Assembly (NCBI GenBank): GCA_963727485.1
Contig: CAVSGM010000001.1
Location: 448,001-512,000 of the forward strand
Direction of reading: 5' to 3'
Length of the DNA stretch: 64,000 nucleotides
DNA from: an uncultured delta proteobacterium
GTDB taxonomy: Bacteria > Myxococcota > Myxococcia > SLRQ01
The notes below the pieces were generated by a model that was not told the DNA's origin, did not search any database, and worked only from the letters and a program-made list of their open reading frames with translations. Position 1 is the first letter of the stretch. Each line of letters begins with the position of its first letter. Shown here piece after piece: positions 9,156 through 17,804 of the stretch. A program made the position numbers and the translations under genes.

Positions 9156-9751
9156 CACCAGCTCTCGGTGCCGGTCTCCTGGCGGAAGGAGTGGGTGGCC
9201 TTCCCGTCGCCGAAGACCTCGGTGACCTTGTTGACGCGGTTCGGGGCCACCAGGACCGCGCGCCGTCGCTCGTGGCCGGCGGGGCCGACGACCCGGAGGC
9301 GGTGGCTGCCCACGGGCAGGGCGAGGGCCTTCAGGGGCGGCGAGTGGCCGTGGGCGTGGCCGTCGACGTAGACGCGGCACGAGGGGCGGCAGACCACCAG
9401 GAGGTCGCCGGTGCCGGCGAGCTTGGGACCGTGGGTCTGGGCGGCGGCGTGGTGTCCGGCCGGCCGGGCCGACCGGTGGCCGGCCGCCCCCCGGCGCGGA
9501 CCGGTCCGGCGCGAGGTCCGGGCGGACCCGGCGGCCGTCGTGGACCCGGTCCCCGGCGCGGGCCGATCCGTCGCGCCGGCGCCCCCGTCCCTCACCGCGG
9601 CGAGGGTGGGGTCGTCGAAGCGGGCGTGCTTCGGCGGCGGGCGGGGGACGAGCTCGCTGAGGCTGCCATGCTTCATCACCACCAGCGCCGCGATCGTCGC
9701 CGCGGCGGTGATGGCGAAGGCCACGACGAGGATCGTGAGGCGCTTGCCCAT
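9155..9751 (-). CDS. Membrane-anchored PEGA-like domain protein
   Basis: N-terminal TM helix, low-complexity linker, CRVYVDG...SPP...LPVGSHRLRV. Confidence 0.65.
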   Translation of the reverse strand: MGKRLTILVVAFAITAAATIAALVVMKHGSLSELVPRPPPKHARFDDPTLAAVRDGGAGATDRPAPGTGSTTAAGSARTSRRTGPRRGAAGHRSARPAGHHAAAQTHGPKLAGTGDLLVVCRPSCRVYVDGHAHGHSPPLKALALPVGSHRLRVVGPAGHERRRAVLVAPNRVNKVTEVFGDGKATHSFRQETGTESW

Positions 9752-9903
9752 CCCCCGCATCATCGCCAAGCCGGCGGTGTCGTGCAAACACCCCTGGGTC
9801 CCGTCCCGCCGGGCAGGCGCTGCACCCCCGGCCGGGGGACGCCGTCAGGGTTTGCGGACGCGGGCGGCCCGGGGGCCCCAGGCGGACCGGGACCGGGGCC
9901 GGC

Positions 9904-9971
9904 GCAGGGGCCCGGCGGTGGCACGGCGGTGGCGCGGCGGTGCCCCGGCAGGGGCCCGGCGGTGGCACGGC
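9904..9971. repeat. 24-bp direct repeat GCAGGGGCCCGGCGGTGGCACGGC (9904-9927, 9948-9971)
   Basis: Seen directly; each copy contains TGGCACG. Confidence 0.75.
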
Positions 9972-9978
9972 CGGTGCA
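9963..9978 (+). promoter_or_regulatory. Putative sigma54 promoter
   Basis: TGGCACGGCCGGTGCA fits GG-N10-GC, ~85 bp upstream of the lipoprotein start. Confidence 0.55.
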
Positions 9979-10061
9979 CCGTTCAAGCCGCGACGACGCC
10001 ACCCGACGCGGCGCAAACGCCGCCAACCGGCCCCACCGGGCCTCGACACAGGGGGAGACCG

Positions 10062-10592
10062 ATGCGTCCGTGGAACATCGCCCTGGGGCTCCTGCCCCTC
10101 CTCACCGTCCTGGGCTGCGGGCCCTACGAGGTGCCCATCACCCGGACCTACACCTTCAGCGTCAACGCCGCCGAGGGGCCGCTGTGCCAGCAGGCCGCCG
10201 GCCAGCTCCTCGACCTCTCGAACGACAAGGACTTCCAGGACAACAAGAACCGCATCTCGCGGATCGAGATCACCGAGCTGCGGGTCACCATCACCGACCC
10301 GCAGACCCAGGCCGACTCGGTGGCCACCCAGGCCAGCGGCACCGTCATCGTCGCCGCCAGCCAGAGCGGCGCCGGCGCGGTGACCCTGGGCACCTATCAG
10401 CCCGTGAACCTCACCCAGGGCGCCACCCGGCTGATCAAGGTCGACCAGGCGGGCGCCGACACCCTGGTGAAGCTCATCCAGACCGAGCCCTACCAGGCCT
10501 GGGTCTGGGCCGAGGGCTGCGTGGACCAGCTCCCGGCGCACTTCCAGTTCCAGGTCCAGGTGAGCTTCAGCGTCTTCGTGCGCCTGATCTGA
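10062..10592 (+). CDS. Putative lipoprotein of unknown function
   Basis: RBS GGGGAG; signal peptide with lipobox VLGC; beta-rich mature part. Confidence 0.75.
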   Translation: MRPWNIALGLLPLLTVLGCGPYEVPITRTYTFSVNAAEGPLCQQAAGQLLDLSNDKDFQDNKNRISRIEITELRVTITDPQTQADSVATQASGTVIVAASQSGAGAVTLGTYQPVNLTQGATRLIKVDQAGADTLVKLIQTEPYQAWVWAEGCVDQLPAHFQFQVQVSFSVFVRLI

Positions 10593-10607
10593 TCCGGGAC
10601 GCCGCGC

Positions 10608-11471
10608 TCAGCCCCGGGCGCCCGCGCGCTGCTCCGCCGCCTCGACGGTGTTCAAGAGCAGCGTCGCCACGGTGAGCGGCCCGACGCCGCCGGGCACCGG
10701 CGTGATCCACCCGGCGCGCTCCCGGGCCACCTCGAAGTCCACGTCGCCGACGAGCTTCCCCTCGGCGTTGCGGTTCATGCCCACGTCGATGACGATGGAC
10801 CCGGGCTTGACCCACTCGCCGCGGATGAGGCCGGCGCGCCCGGCGGCGGCCACCAGGATGTCCGCCTCGCGGACGTAGGGCTCGAGGTCGGGGGTGAACT
10901 TGTGGCAGACGGTCACCGTGGCCCCGGCGAGGAGCAGCTCCAGGGCCATCGGCCGCCCCACGATGTTCGACGCCCCCACCACCACCGCGTGGGACTGCTT
11001 GTACTTCGCCTCCACCGTGTCCAGGAGGTGGATGATGCCCCGGGGGGTGCACGGCCGCAGGGTCGGCGCCCGGAGCGCCAGGCGGCCCATGTTGTAGGGG
11101 TGGAAGCCGTCGACGTCCTTGTCGGGGCGGATGGCGTCGAGGATGCGCGTGGGGTCGATGTGATCGGGCAGGGGCAGCTGCACCAGGATCCCGTCGACCC
11201 GGTCGTCGCCGTTGAGGCCGTCGACGAGGGCGAGGAGCTCGGCCTCGGGCGTCTCCACCGGCAGGTCGTGGTGGAAGGAGGCCATGCCCATCTTCTCGCA
11301 CTGGTTGCGCTTGGAGCGGACATAGCTGCGGGACGCCGGGTCGTCGCCCAGGAGCACCACCGCGAGGCCCGGCGCCCGGCCGTGCCTGGCCTCGAAGGTG
11401 CGGACCCGGTCGGCGACCGAGGCCCGGAGCTCGGCGGCGATGGCCTTCCCGTCGATGACGCGTGCGCTCAC
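10608..11471 (-). CDS. folD: Bifunctional methylenetetrahydrofolate dehydrogenase/cyclohydrolase
   Basis: [41 protein letters not shown]. Confidence 0.97.
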   Translation of the reverse strand: MSARVIDGKAIAAELRASVADRVRTFEARHGRAPGLAVVLLGDDPASRSYVRSKRNQCEKMGMASFHHDLPVETPEAELLALVDGLNGDDRVDGILVQLPLPDHIDPTRILDAIRPDKDVDGFHPYNMGRLALRAPTLRPCTPRGIIHLLDTVEAKYKQSHAVVVGASNIVGRPMALELLLAGATVTVCHKFTPDLEPYVREADILVAAAGRAGLIRGEWVKPGSIVIDVGMNRNAEGKLVGDVDFEVARERAGWITPVPGGVGPLTVATLLLNTVEAAEQRAGARG

Positions 11472-11514
11472 GGCGGCAACACAGCAGGCCCCGGGGCCGA
11501 GGTCAAGACGCCCA

Positions 11515-12396
11515 TCAGAAGCGCCAGGAGACCCCGGCGCCGGCGAGCTGGTCGTCGTAGGGCCGATCGCTCACGACGTGGACGAAGGTGTACCAGGCGT
11601 CCAGCGAGAGCTGCTTCGTCACCCGCCAGGTCAAAGCCGCGGTGGCGGTGTGGAAGGTGGCGGGGAGGCGCACCGCGACCTCGCTCACGCCGAAGGTGGT
11701 GACGTCCCGCGTGGGCCGGCTCCCGGTGATCACGCCCTGGCCGGTGCCGGGGCCCTGCTGGGTCCCGCTCCCGGAGCCGGTCCCCGCCGCGGTGACCCCC
11801 GGGACGTAGGTGACGTCCTCGCCGAGCTCGAGCTGGTAGCCGAGGCGCAGGGTCACCGGGCGGCCGAGGTAGAAGCGCAGGGTGCCGCCCACCGCGTCGC
11901 CGTGGGCGGAGAAGGTCTCGTCCCGGGCGAAGGTGTCGGCGCGGCGGTAGTGCACGCCCACCTCCAGCCACCGGGCGGCGAGGACCGAGGCCTCGGCCCG
12001 GCCGCTGACCGCCACCCCGCTGCGCGCCGGATCTCCGTAGAAGCGGTAGGCGCCCCAGGGGGCGAGCGACAGGCGGAAGCGATCGCCGAGCAGCCACACC
12101 ACCCGGGCCCCGACGGAGCCCACGTGGGCGGTGAGGTCGGGGGTGTCGGGGATGAAGGTGCCGCCGTAGCCCGCGTGTACGAACAACAGGAAGTCCCGGC
12201 CGAGATCGGCCGAGACCCCGAGGGTGGCGGAGGCGTTTGCCGCCCAGGCCGCCACCTTTGCCTCCCCGGCGGGGCTGTGGCTGAGGTTCTCCTCCCAGCC
12301 ACCGCCGGCCCCGAGATCGAGGGACAGCTCCGGGGCGGCCATCGTCGCACCCGGTACGAGGAGGACGACGAGGGTCGCGATCCGGAGCCGTCTCAT
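11515..12396 (-). CDS. Putative outer-membrane beta-barrel protein
   Basis: Signal peptide, alternating beta-strand pattern, C-terminal GVSWRF. Confidence 0.7.
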   Translation of the reverse strand: MRRLRIATLVVLLVPGATMAAPELSLDLGAGGGWEENLSHSPAGEAKVAAWAANASATLGVSADLGRDFLLFVHAGYGGTFIPDTPDLTAHVGSVGARVVWLLGDRFRLSLAPWGAYRFYGDPARSGVAVSGRAEASVLAARWLEVGVHYRRADTFARDETFSAHGDAVGGTLRFYLGRPVTLRLGYQLELGEDVTYVPGVTAAGTGSGSGTQQGPGTGQGVITGSRPTRDVTTFGVSEVAVRLPATFHTATAALTWRVTKQLSLDAWYTFVHVVSDRPYDDQLAGAGVSWRF

Positions 12397-12416
12397 GATC
12401 TCACCTGGGTCAGGTG

Positions 12417-13160
12417 CTACTTGCCGCCACCGGGGCCCATCTGGCCCTGGCCGCCGCCCTGCGCGCCGCCGGGGGCCTGCTGGCCACCCTGCTGCTGCTG
12501 GCGCTCGTGGTCGCGCATCTGCTCGCGGGTGCGCTCGCGCTGCTCCTCCATGGCCTTCTCCCGCTCCTGGGCGGGCTGGCGGAGGCGCTGCTGGGCCTGG
12601 ATGCGATCCTGGACCCGGCTGCGCACCTGCTCGGCGAGCTGCTGGCCGGTGACCTGGGCCCCGGACTTCTGGTGCTCCCTGACCTGGGCGCGGAGCTCGG
12701 CGGTCACCATCTGGCGCGCCTGGCGGACCTCCACACCCTGGTTCATGGCCATGTTCATGGTCTGGATGTTCTGCTTCAGGCACTCGCCGGTGCACTTCTC
12801 CCGGAGGCTGGTGCGGATCATCTCGCGGATCTGGAGGCGGTCACGGGTGTGCGTCAGGTACTGCGAGAGCTCCGGCGTCAGCACCTCGACGTCCTTCTGG
12901 GACAGCCGCGTGCGCTTCTGCAGCTCGTCCTTGAGCTTCAGGAGGTCCTGCTGGTGGATCCGGTCGCGGTCGCGGTCGGGCTCGGTGAGGGTGGTCTGGT
13001 CCTGATCGCGGGTCCGGTCGCGGTCCTGGTCAGGCACGTCGGCCTGGGTCTTGTCCTGGTCTTGGATCTGGTCGCGATCCTGATCCTGGGCGAAGGCCGC
13101 GGTGGCCGGAAGCGTGAGTGCGAGGCCGAGCACCGCGACGAGGAAATTTCGAACTCTCAT
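12417..13160 (-). CDS. Secreted Gln/Asp/Arg-rich repetitive protein
   Basis: Signal peptide ending AFA; QDQDRDQ repeats; helical Q/R/E-rich body with CTGEC; RBS AGGAG. Confidence 0.75.
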   Translation of the reverse strand: MRVRNFLVAVLGLALTLPATAAFAQDQDRDQIQDQDKTQADVPDQDRDRTRDQDQTTLTEPDRDRDRIHQQDLLKLKDELQKRTRLSQKDVEVLTPELSQYLTHTRDRLQIREMIRTSLREKCTGECLKQNIQTMNMAMNQGVEVRQARQMVTAELRAQVREHQKSGAQVTGQQLAEQVRSRVQDRIQAQQRLRQPAQEREKAMEEQRERTREQMRDHERQQQQGGQQAPGGAQGGGQGQMGPGGGK

Positions 13161-13249
13161 GACGTATCTCCTTCGGACGATGGGACCCTGACCCTGCAGG
13201 GTCCGCTCGAGAGGCGCCCCCGGTGGGGACGTCTCGGAAAACGGGATGA

Positions 13250-13711
13250 TCAGCCCGCAGGGCGGGCCCGCCAGGCGGCCCAGACCGGACGGCCGGTGTC
13301 GTCCCGGAGGACGAGCACCTGGTCTCCCTTCTGGATCCTGGCGGCGATGATCGCCGGCTTGCCCTGGAAGACGACCTGGGCGCCGGTGAGGGTCACGGTG
13401 TCGCCCTTGACGAGCTTCAGGTCCTGGTTGTCGATGAACCAGGCGGGGCCGAGGTGGACGTCCACCTGCCCGGTGGCGGTCTTGAGGGTGAGGTGCACCC
13501 CGGGCCGCATCCCCCGGCGCGGGGTGATGCGGTGGACCGCGGTGACCGTGCCCTCGACGGTGACGACCTTGGTGGTGTCGTAGAGGCGGTTGTAGGCGCC
13601 CCCGGGACCCCACCCGCCGCTCCCGCGCGCGCGCTGCCCGGAGGCCGGCCCGGCGAAGGCGACGGAGGCGAAGGCCGCGAGGATCGCGGCCGTGCGGACG
13701 TAGGTACGCAT
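13250..13711 (-). CDS. Exported OB-fold protein (MamS/MamX-like domain)
   Basis: Signal peptide; YD...TVEGTV...GVHLTLKT...VHLGPAWF...GDTVTLTG...LRDDTGRPVW pattern. Confidence 0.7.
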   Translation of the reverse strand: MRTYVRTAAILAAFASVAFAGPASGQRARGSGGWGPGGAYNRLYDTTKVVTVEGTVTAVHRITPRRGMRPGVHLTLKTATGQVDVHLGPAWFIDNQDLKLVKGDTVTLTGAQVVFQGKPAIIAARIQKGDQVLVLRDDTGRPVWAAWRARPAG

Positions 13712-13801
13712 GGGCTCTCTCCGACGGCCGAGGGGGAACACACGCCCCCCGGTCGTGCACTCGATGGGGACGCGAGGTGCGTCCCAGTTGCCCGGAGAGG
13801 A

Positions 13802-13817
13802 AGCGAGCGGCGTGCCA
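13802..13817 (-). promoter_or_regulatory. Putative sigma54 promoter
   Basis: Minus strand TGGCACGCCGCTCGCT fits GG-N10-GC, ~90 bp upstream of 13711. Confidence 0.6.
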
Positions 13818-14122
13818 GACCCCACCGCCGCCGGAACTCCCAGGAAATCCGCGCCCCTCACGGACGGCCGGCGGGCGGCACCTTCCCCCACTGGGCGAGG
13901 CCGCCCATGCAAGGGCTACCGCGCGGGGCAGCGCACCCTGCCAAGACTGCACGGCCGGGGCGGTGATCGTCGCGGGGACCGAGGAGGTGCCGCCTGGCTC
14001 CATGCGGACGCAGCCCGTTGACACAAGTGTTTCTGCCTAGGTAGGTTTGAGAAGCCCTGGAGAACGTGTCCCCCCACCCCTGGAACCGACGACCCGTCCC
14101 CATCGCCGAGAGGCCTGAAGGC

Positions 14123-14602
14123 ATGCCCACCGAGGACACCCCCGCCTGCCTCTTCTGCCGGCTCGTCGCGGGCTCGGAGCACGCCTGGACGGTGTGGGAG
14201 GACGAGGCCCACATGGCCTTCCTCACGCCGTTCCCCAACACGCCAGGGTTCACCGTCGTGGTCCCCAAGCGGCACCTGGGGAGCTATGTGCTCTCCCTGG
14301 AACCGGACGACTATCTGTCCCTGCTGCTGGCCGCGAGGCAGGTTGCGCTCCTGCTGGACCGCACCCTGGGAACCAGGCGCACCGGCCTCATCGCCGAGGG
14401 CATGGGCGTCGACCATGCGCACGTGAAGCTCTTTCCCATGCACGGGGTCCCCGACGGGCCCTGGACGGCCGTCCACAGCACCGTGCGGACCTTCTACGAC
14501 CGGTATCAGGGGTTCATCGCCTCGCACGACGGGCCGCGGATGCCCGACGAGCAGCTAGAGGCCCTTGCCCGGCGAATCCGGCAGCGGGGGGACGCGGCCT
14601 GA
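14123..14602 (+). CDS. HIT family protein
   Basis: CLFC...FLTPFPNTPGFTVVVPKRH...VDHAHVKLFPMH (HxHxK variant triad). TTGACA at 14018 upstream. Confidence 0.85.
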   Translation: MPTEDTPACLFCRLVAGSEHAWTVWEDEAHMAFLTPFPNTPGFTVVVPKRHLGSYVLSLEPDDYLSLLLAARQVALLLDRTLGTRRTGLIAEGMGVDHAHVKLFPMHGVPDGPWTAVHSTVRTFYDRYQGFIASHDGPRMPDEQLEALARRIRQRGDAA

Positions 14603-14626
14603 CCCCGGCCGCCGGGGGGCCCGGGG

Positions 14627-15064
14627 TCAGCCCTGCGCGCCCCCGGGCTCCCACCGCGCCAGGCCGATGTCGGCGCAGGGGAGCCGCGGCAGGGGCGTGT
14701 CCACCGGCTCCACGAAGACCTCGGCGACCACGCCAATCTTCGAGTCGAAGAGGTGGCCGCCGTACACCGCGTAGTCGTGGCCGGAGATGGCCACGTGGGC
14801 GTGGAGGAAGGGCTTGCCCTCGAGGAGCGTCAGGTTCCCGGAGAGGGACACCAGCTCGTAGATCCCGGGGAAGGTCCTGTGGTCGTAGGTCTTGGACGGG
14901 AGGTCGTAGCAGCCGAGCTCCGGATCCTCGAGGGCGCCGATGGCGCTGACCTTGGCGCCGGGGATCTGCTCCTCGGCGGCCAGCGACTCGAGGGAGCTGC
15001 GCAGGTCGTCGCCCCGGGCGAGACTGACGACGTAGGCGCCGGTGGGATCGCGGTGGACCTTCAT
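14627..15064 (-). CDS. PPC/DUF296 domain protein (own RBS and ATG, in frame with the upstream hydratase)
   Basis: LARGDDL, SAIGAL, ELVSLSGNL, FLHAHV, YGGHL. GGAG precedes ATG 15064. Confidence 0.8.
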   Translation of the reverse strand: MKVHRDPTGAYVVSLARGDDLRSSLESLAAEEQIPGAKVSAIGALEDPELGCYDLPSKTYDHRTFPGIYELVSLSGNLTLLEGKPFLHAHVAISGHDYAVYGGHLFDSKIGVVAEVFVEPVDTPLPRLPCADIGLARWEPGGAQG

Positions 15065-15895
15065 GGGGTCTCCTGGTCGTCGGGGCCGCCGGTGGGCGGC
15101 GCGGAATCCGTCGCTGGCCTCGGCGCCAGCGTCGTCGTGGAAGGCGCCGTGGCGGCCGGCGCCCGAGGCGAAGCGCCCGGCGCCGCCCACGCCCTCGGCC
15201 TCGAGGGACGCCACGCCGTAGGCGAGCTCGTTTCGCAGCGCCTCGGCCTCGGGCAGGGTCCACTGCTCGAGGACCGAGCGCCGGTCGCTTTGCAGGCACC
15301 CCTGGGGGAAGCGGGCGAGCTCGGCGGCGAGGCGCTCGGCGGCCTCGCGGGCCTGGCCCTTGCCCACCACCCGGCTCACCAGGCCCATCTCCAGCGCCTC
15401 GTGGGCGCTCACCGGCCGGCCGGTGAGGATGAGGTCGAGGGCGCGTCCCTGGCCCACGATCCGCGGGAGGCGCACGGTGCCCCCGTCGATGAGCGGCACC
15501 CCCCACCGCCGGCAGAACACCCCCAGCACCGCGTCTTCTTCGGCCACCCGCAGGTCGCACCACAGGGCCAGCTCCAGGCCCCCGGCGACGGCGTGGCCGG
15601 CGATGGCGGCGACGACGGGCTTCCCGAGGACCAGGCGGGTGGGGCCCATGGGCCCGTCGCCGTCGGGGGCGACCCGGTTCGGCGTCCCGGCGGCCACGGC
15701 CTTGAGGTCGGCGCCGGCGGAGAACGTCCCCCCGTCGCCGAAGAGGACCGCGGCCCTGGCGTCGGCGTCGGCGTCGAAGGCCCGGAAGGCGTCGGCCAGC
15801 GCCGCGGCGGTGGCCCGGTCCACGGCGTTTCGCACCTCGGGGCGGTGGAGGATCACCGTGGTCACCGGCCCGCTCTTCTCGACGCGCACGCTCAT
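14627..15895 (-). CDS. Enoyl-CoA hydratase/crotonase (ORF reads through into the PPC domain)
   Basis: RNAVD, FSAGADL, AVAGGLELALWCDLR, RRWGVPLIDGGTVRL. The typical end GRHGAF near 15140 has no stop codon. Confidence 0.85.
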   Translation of the reverse strand: MSVRVEKSGPVTTVILHRPEVRNAVDRATAAALADAFRAFDADADARAAVLFGDGGTFSAGADLKAVAAGTPNRVAPDGDGPMGPTRLVLGKPVVAAIAGHAVAGGLELALWCDLRVAEEDAVLGVFCRRWGVPLIDGGTVRLPRIVGQGRALDLILTGRPVSAHEALEMGLVSRVVGKGQAREAAERLAAELARFPQGCLQSDRRSVLEQWTLPEAEALRNELAYGVASLEAEGVGGAGRFASGAGRHGAFHDDAGAEASDGFRAAHRRPRRPGDPMKVHRDPTGAYVVSLARGDDLRSSLESLAAEEQIPGAKVSAIGALEDPELGCYDLPSKTYDHRTFPGIYELVSLSGNLTLLEGKPFLHAHVAISGHDYAVYGGHLFDSKIGVVAEVFVEPVDTPLPRLPCADIGLARWEPGGAQG

Positions 15896-15902
15896 GGTGG
15901 GC

Positions 15903-17804
15903 CTACTCTAGCCCGGCCCGGCCTGCGGTGCCGCCGCGTCCACCGGTGCCGGCGCCGCCGCTCCGGGCGGCCGTGGTCCCGGTCCCCCGGTGGCCCGGCA
16001 CCCGCGCCGCGTGGCCCCGGCGGTAGAACCCGGGCAGGGTCACCGGCAGCCTCCCCGGCGCCGCCCCGTCCCCGGCGAGGAAGCGCGCCGCGGCCCGGGC
16101 GGCGGTGGGCTGGTAGGAGTAGGCGCACAGGTAGCCGGCGACCCGGGGGAACTCGTGGAGCCGGTAGGGCGAGCCGAGGCTCACGGCGACCACCGGGGTC
16201 CGGGTGCGCTTCAGCAGCATCCGCGTCATCACCGCCTGGTAGTCGTTGACCACGCCCACCACCACCACGTCGGCGTGGCGGGCGAGGCGGAGGGTGCGCG
16301 CCAGGTCGGCGGCGCGCCGGCGCCGGCTGGGGATCGCCGGGGTGTGCACCAGCGTCGCGTGGGCCAGGGCGTGCGAGAGGGTGCGCCCGAAGGTCCGGTC
16401 GGCGGAGAGGATCACCACGTGGGCGTCCCGGTCGAGGGGGGTGAGGCCGGCGTGGGCCCGGACCAGGGTCAGGCCCTGGTTGGCGATGGCCTGGGCCACC
16501 TTCGCGCCGTCGTGGTCGCGGGCGAGGGCCGCGAGGGCCTGGTCCACCGGGGGCGGCGCCTCGTCGAGGATCCCCCGCTCGAGCTTCACCGTGAGGATCC
16601 GCCTCACCGAGGCGTCGAGGCGGGTCCGGGAGATGGCGCCGCTTCGGACCGCGGCGAGGAGGTGGCGCCAGACCTCCTCCTTCTTCTCCCGGGTCCAGAG
16701 GATGAGCACCATGTCGGCGCCGGCCTGGATCGCCTTCACCGCCGCCACCCCCGAGCCGTACTCCTTGACAATCCCCTCCATCTCCAGGCCGTCGGTGAGG
16801 ACGATGCCATTGAAGCCCAGGCGCCGGCGGAGGATGCCGGTGAGGATCCGGTGGGAGACGGTGGCGGGGACGTGGGGCCGCCCCTCGATGGCGGGCAGGG
16901 CGATGTGGGCGGTCATCACCGCGTCGAGGCCGGCGTCGATGGCGGCCTTGAAGGGCACCAGCTCCACCGACATCAGGCGCTCGAGGCCGTAGGGGACGGT
17001 GGGCAGGCCGTAGTGGGAGTCGGTGGCGGTGTCGCCGTGGCCGGGGAAGTGCTTGGCCACCGCCACCACCCCCTGGCTCTGGAGTCCGAGGATGTACTGG
17101 GTCCCCAGCTCGGCGACCAGCCCCGGGTCCTCGCCGAAGCTGCGCACGCCGATCACCGGGTTGCTGGGGTTGGCGTTGACGTCGAGGACCGGGGCCAGGT
17201 TCATGTTGAAGCCCAGGCGCTCGAGGCTCCGGCCCACGTCGACGCCGGCGCGCCGGGCGAGGGCCGGATCCCGGCTGGCGCCGAGGGTCATGTTCCCGGG
17301 GAGCACCGTCGCCGGGGACGCGAGGCGGACCACGTTGCCGCCCTCCTGGTCCACGGCGATGAACGGCGGCACCTCGGGGAGGGTGCGCAGCTGCCGGGTG
17401 AGGCGCGCCACCTGGCGCAGGGAGCGGACGTTGCGCGAGAAGAGGGCCACGCCGCCCACGTGGTGGCCCCCGACCAGGTGCGCGATGGCGCCGCCCGGGT
17501 CGACCTCGTAGCCCCCGAAGCCCACGAAGAGGAGCTGGCCGACCTTCTCCTCCAGGGTCAGGTGGGCGAGGAGGGCGTCGACCCGGGCGGCGGTCCGCAC
17601 CTCGCGGGTGACGGCGGGGGAGGGCGGCGGGGGGTGCCGGGGCGCGGTGCGGCGGGGCGGGGCGGTGGGGCGCGGCGCCAGGGCCGGCGGGAGCACCGAC
17701 GCCGGGTGCGGCTCGAAGCGCAGGGGCGCCGCCGCCAGGAGCCCGAGGGCGGCGAGGGCGAGGCCGGCGGCGGCGAACGGGCGCGGGCGCACCCTCCGCC
17801 TCAC
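15903..17804 (-). CDS. GH3 beta-N-acetylhexosaminidase (NagZ-like, two-domain, exported)
   Basis: LEEKVGQL, DQEGG, APVLD, RSFG, KHFPGHGDT...DSH, MTAH, TDGLEM. GTG overlaps the M23 stop. Confidence 0.9.
   Translation of the reverse strand: MRRRVRPRPFAAAGLALAALGLLAAAPLRFEPHPASVLPPALAPRPTAPPRRTAPRHPPPPSPAVTREVRTAARVDALLAHLTLEEKVGQLLFVGFGGYEVDPGGAIAHLVGGHHVGGVALFSRNVRSLRQVARLTRQLRTLPEVPPFIAVDQEGGNVVRLASPATVLPGNMTLGASRDPALARRAGVDVGRSLERLGFNMNLAPVLDVNANPSNPVIGVRSFGEDPGLVAELGTQYILGLQSQGVVAVAKHFPGHGDTATDSHYGLPTVPYGLERLMSVELVPFKAAIDAGLDAVMTAHIALPAIEGRPHVPATVSHRILTGILRRRLGFNGIVLTDGLEMEGIVKEYGSGVAAVKAIQAGADMVLILWTREKKEEVWRHLLAAVRSGAISRTRLDASVRRILTVKLERGILDEAPPPVDQALAALARDHDGAKVAQAIANQGLTLVRAHAGLTPLDRDAHVVILSADRTFGRTLSHALAHATLVHTPAIPSRRRRAADLARTLRLARHADVVVVGVVNDYQAVMTRMLLKRTRTPVVAVSLGSPYRLHEFPRVAGYLCAYSYQPTAARAAARFLAGDGAAPGRLPVTLPGFYRRGHAARVPGHRGTGTTAARSGGAGTGGRGGTAGRAGLE

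Noticed and set aside
13250..13711. Magnetosome island
   Set aside because: Only a lone MamS/MamX-like OB domain; no CXXCH magnetochrome motif or other mam genes.
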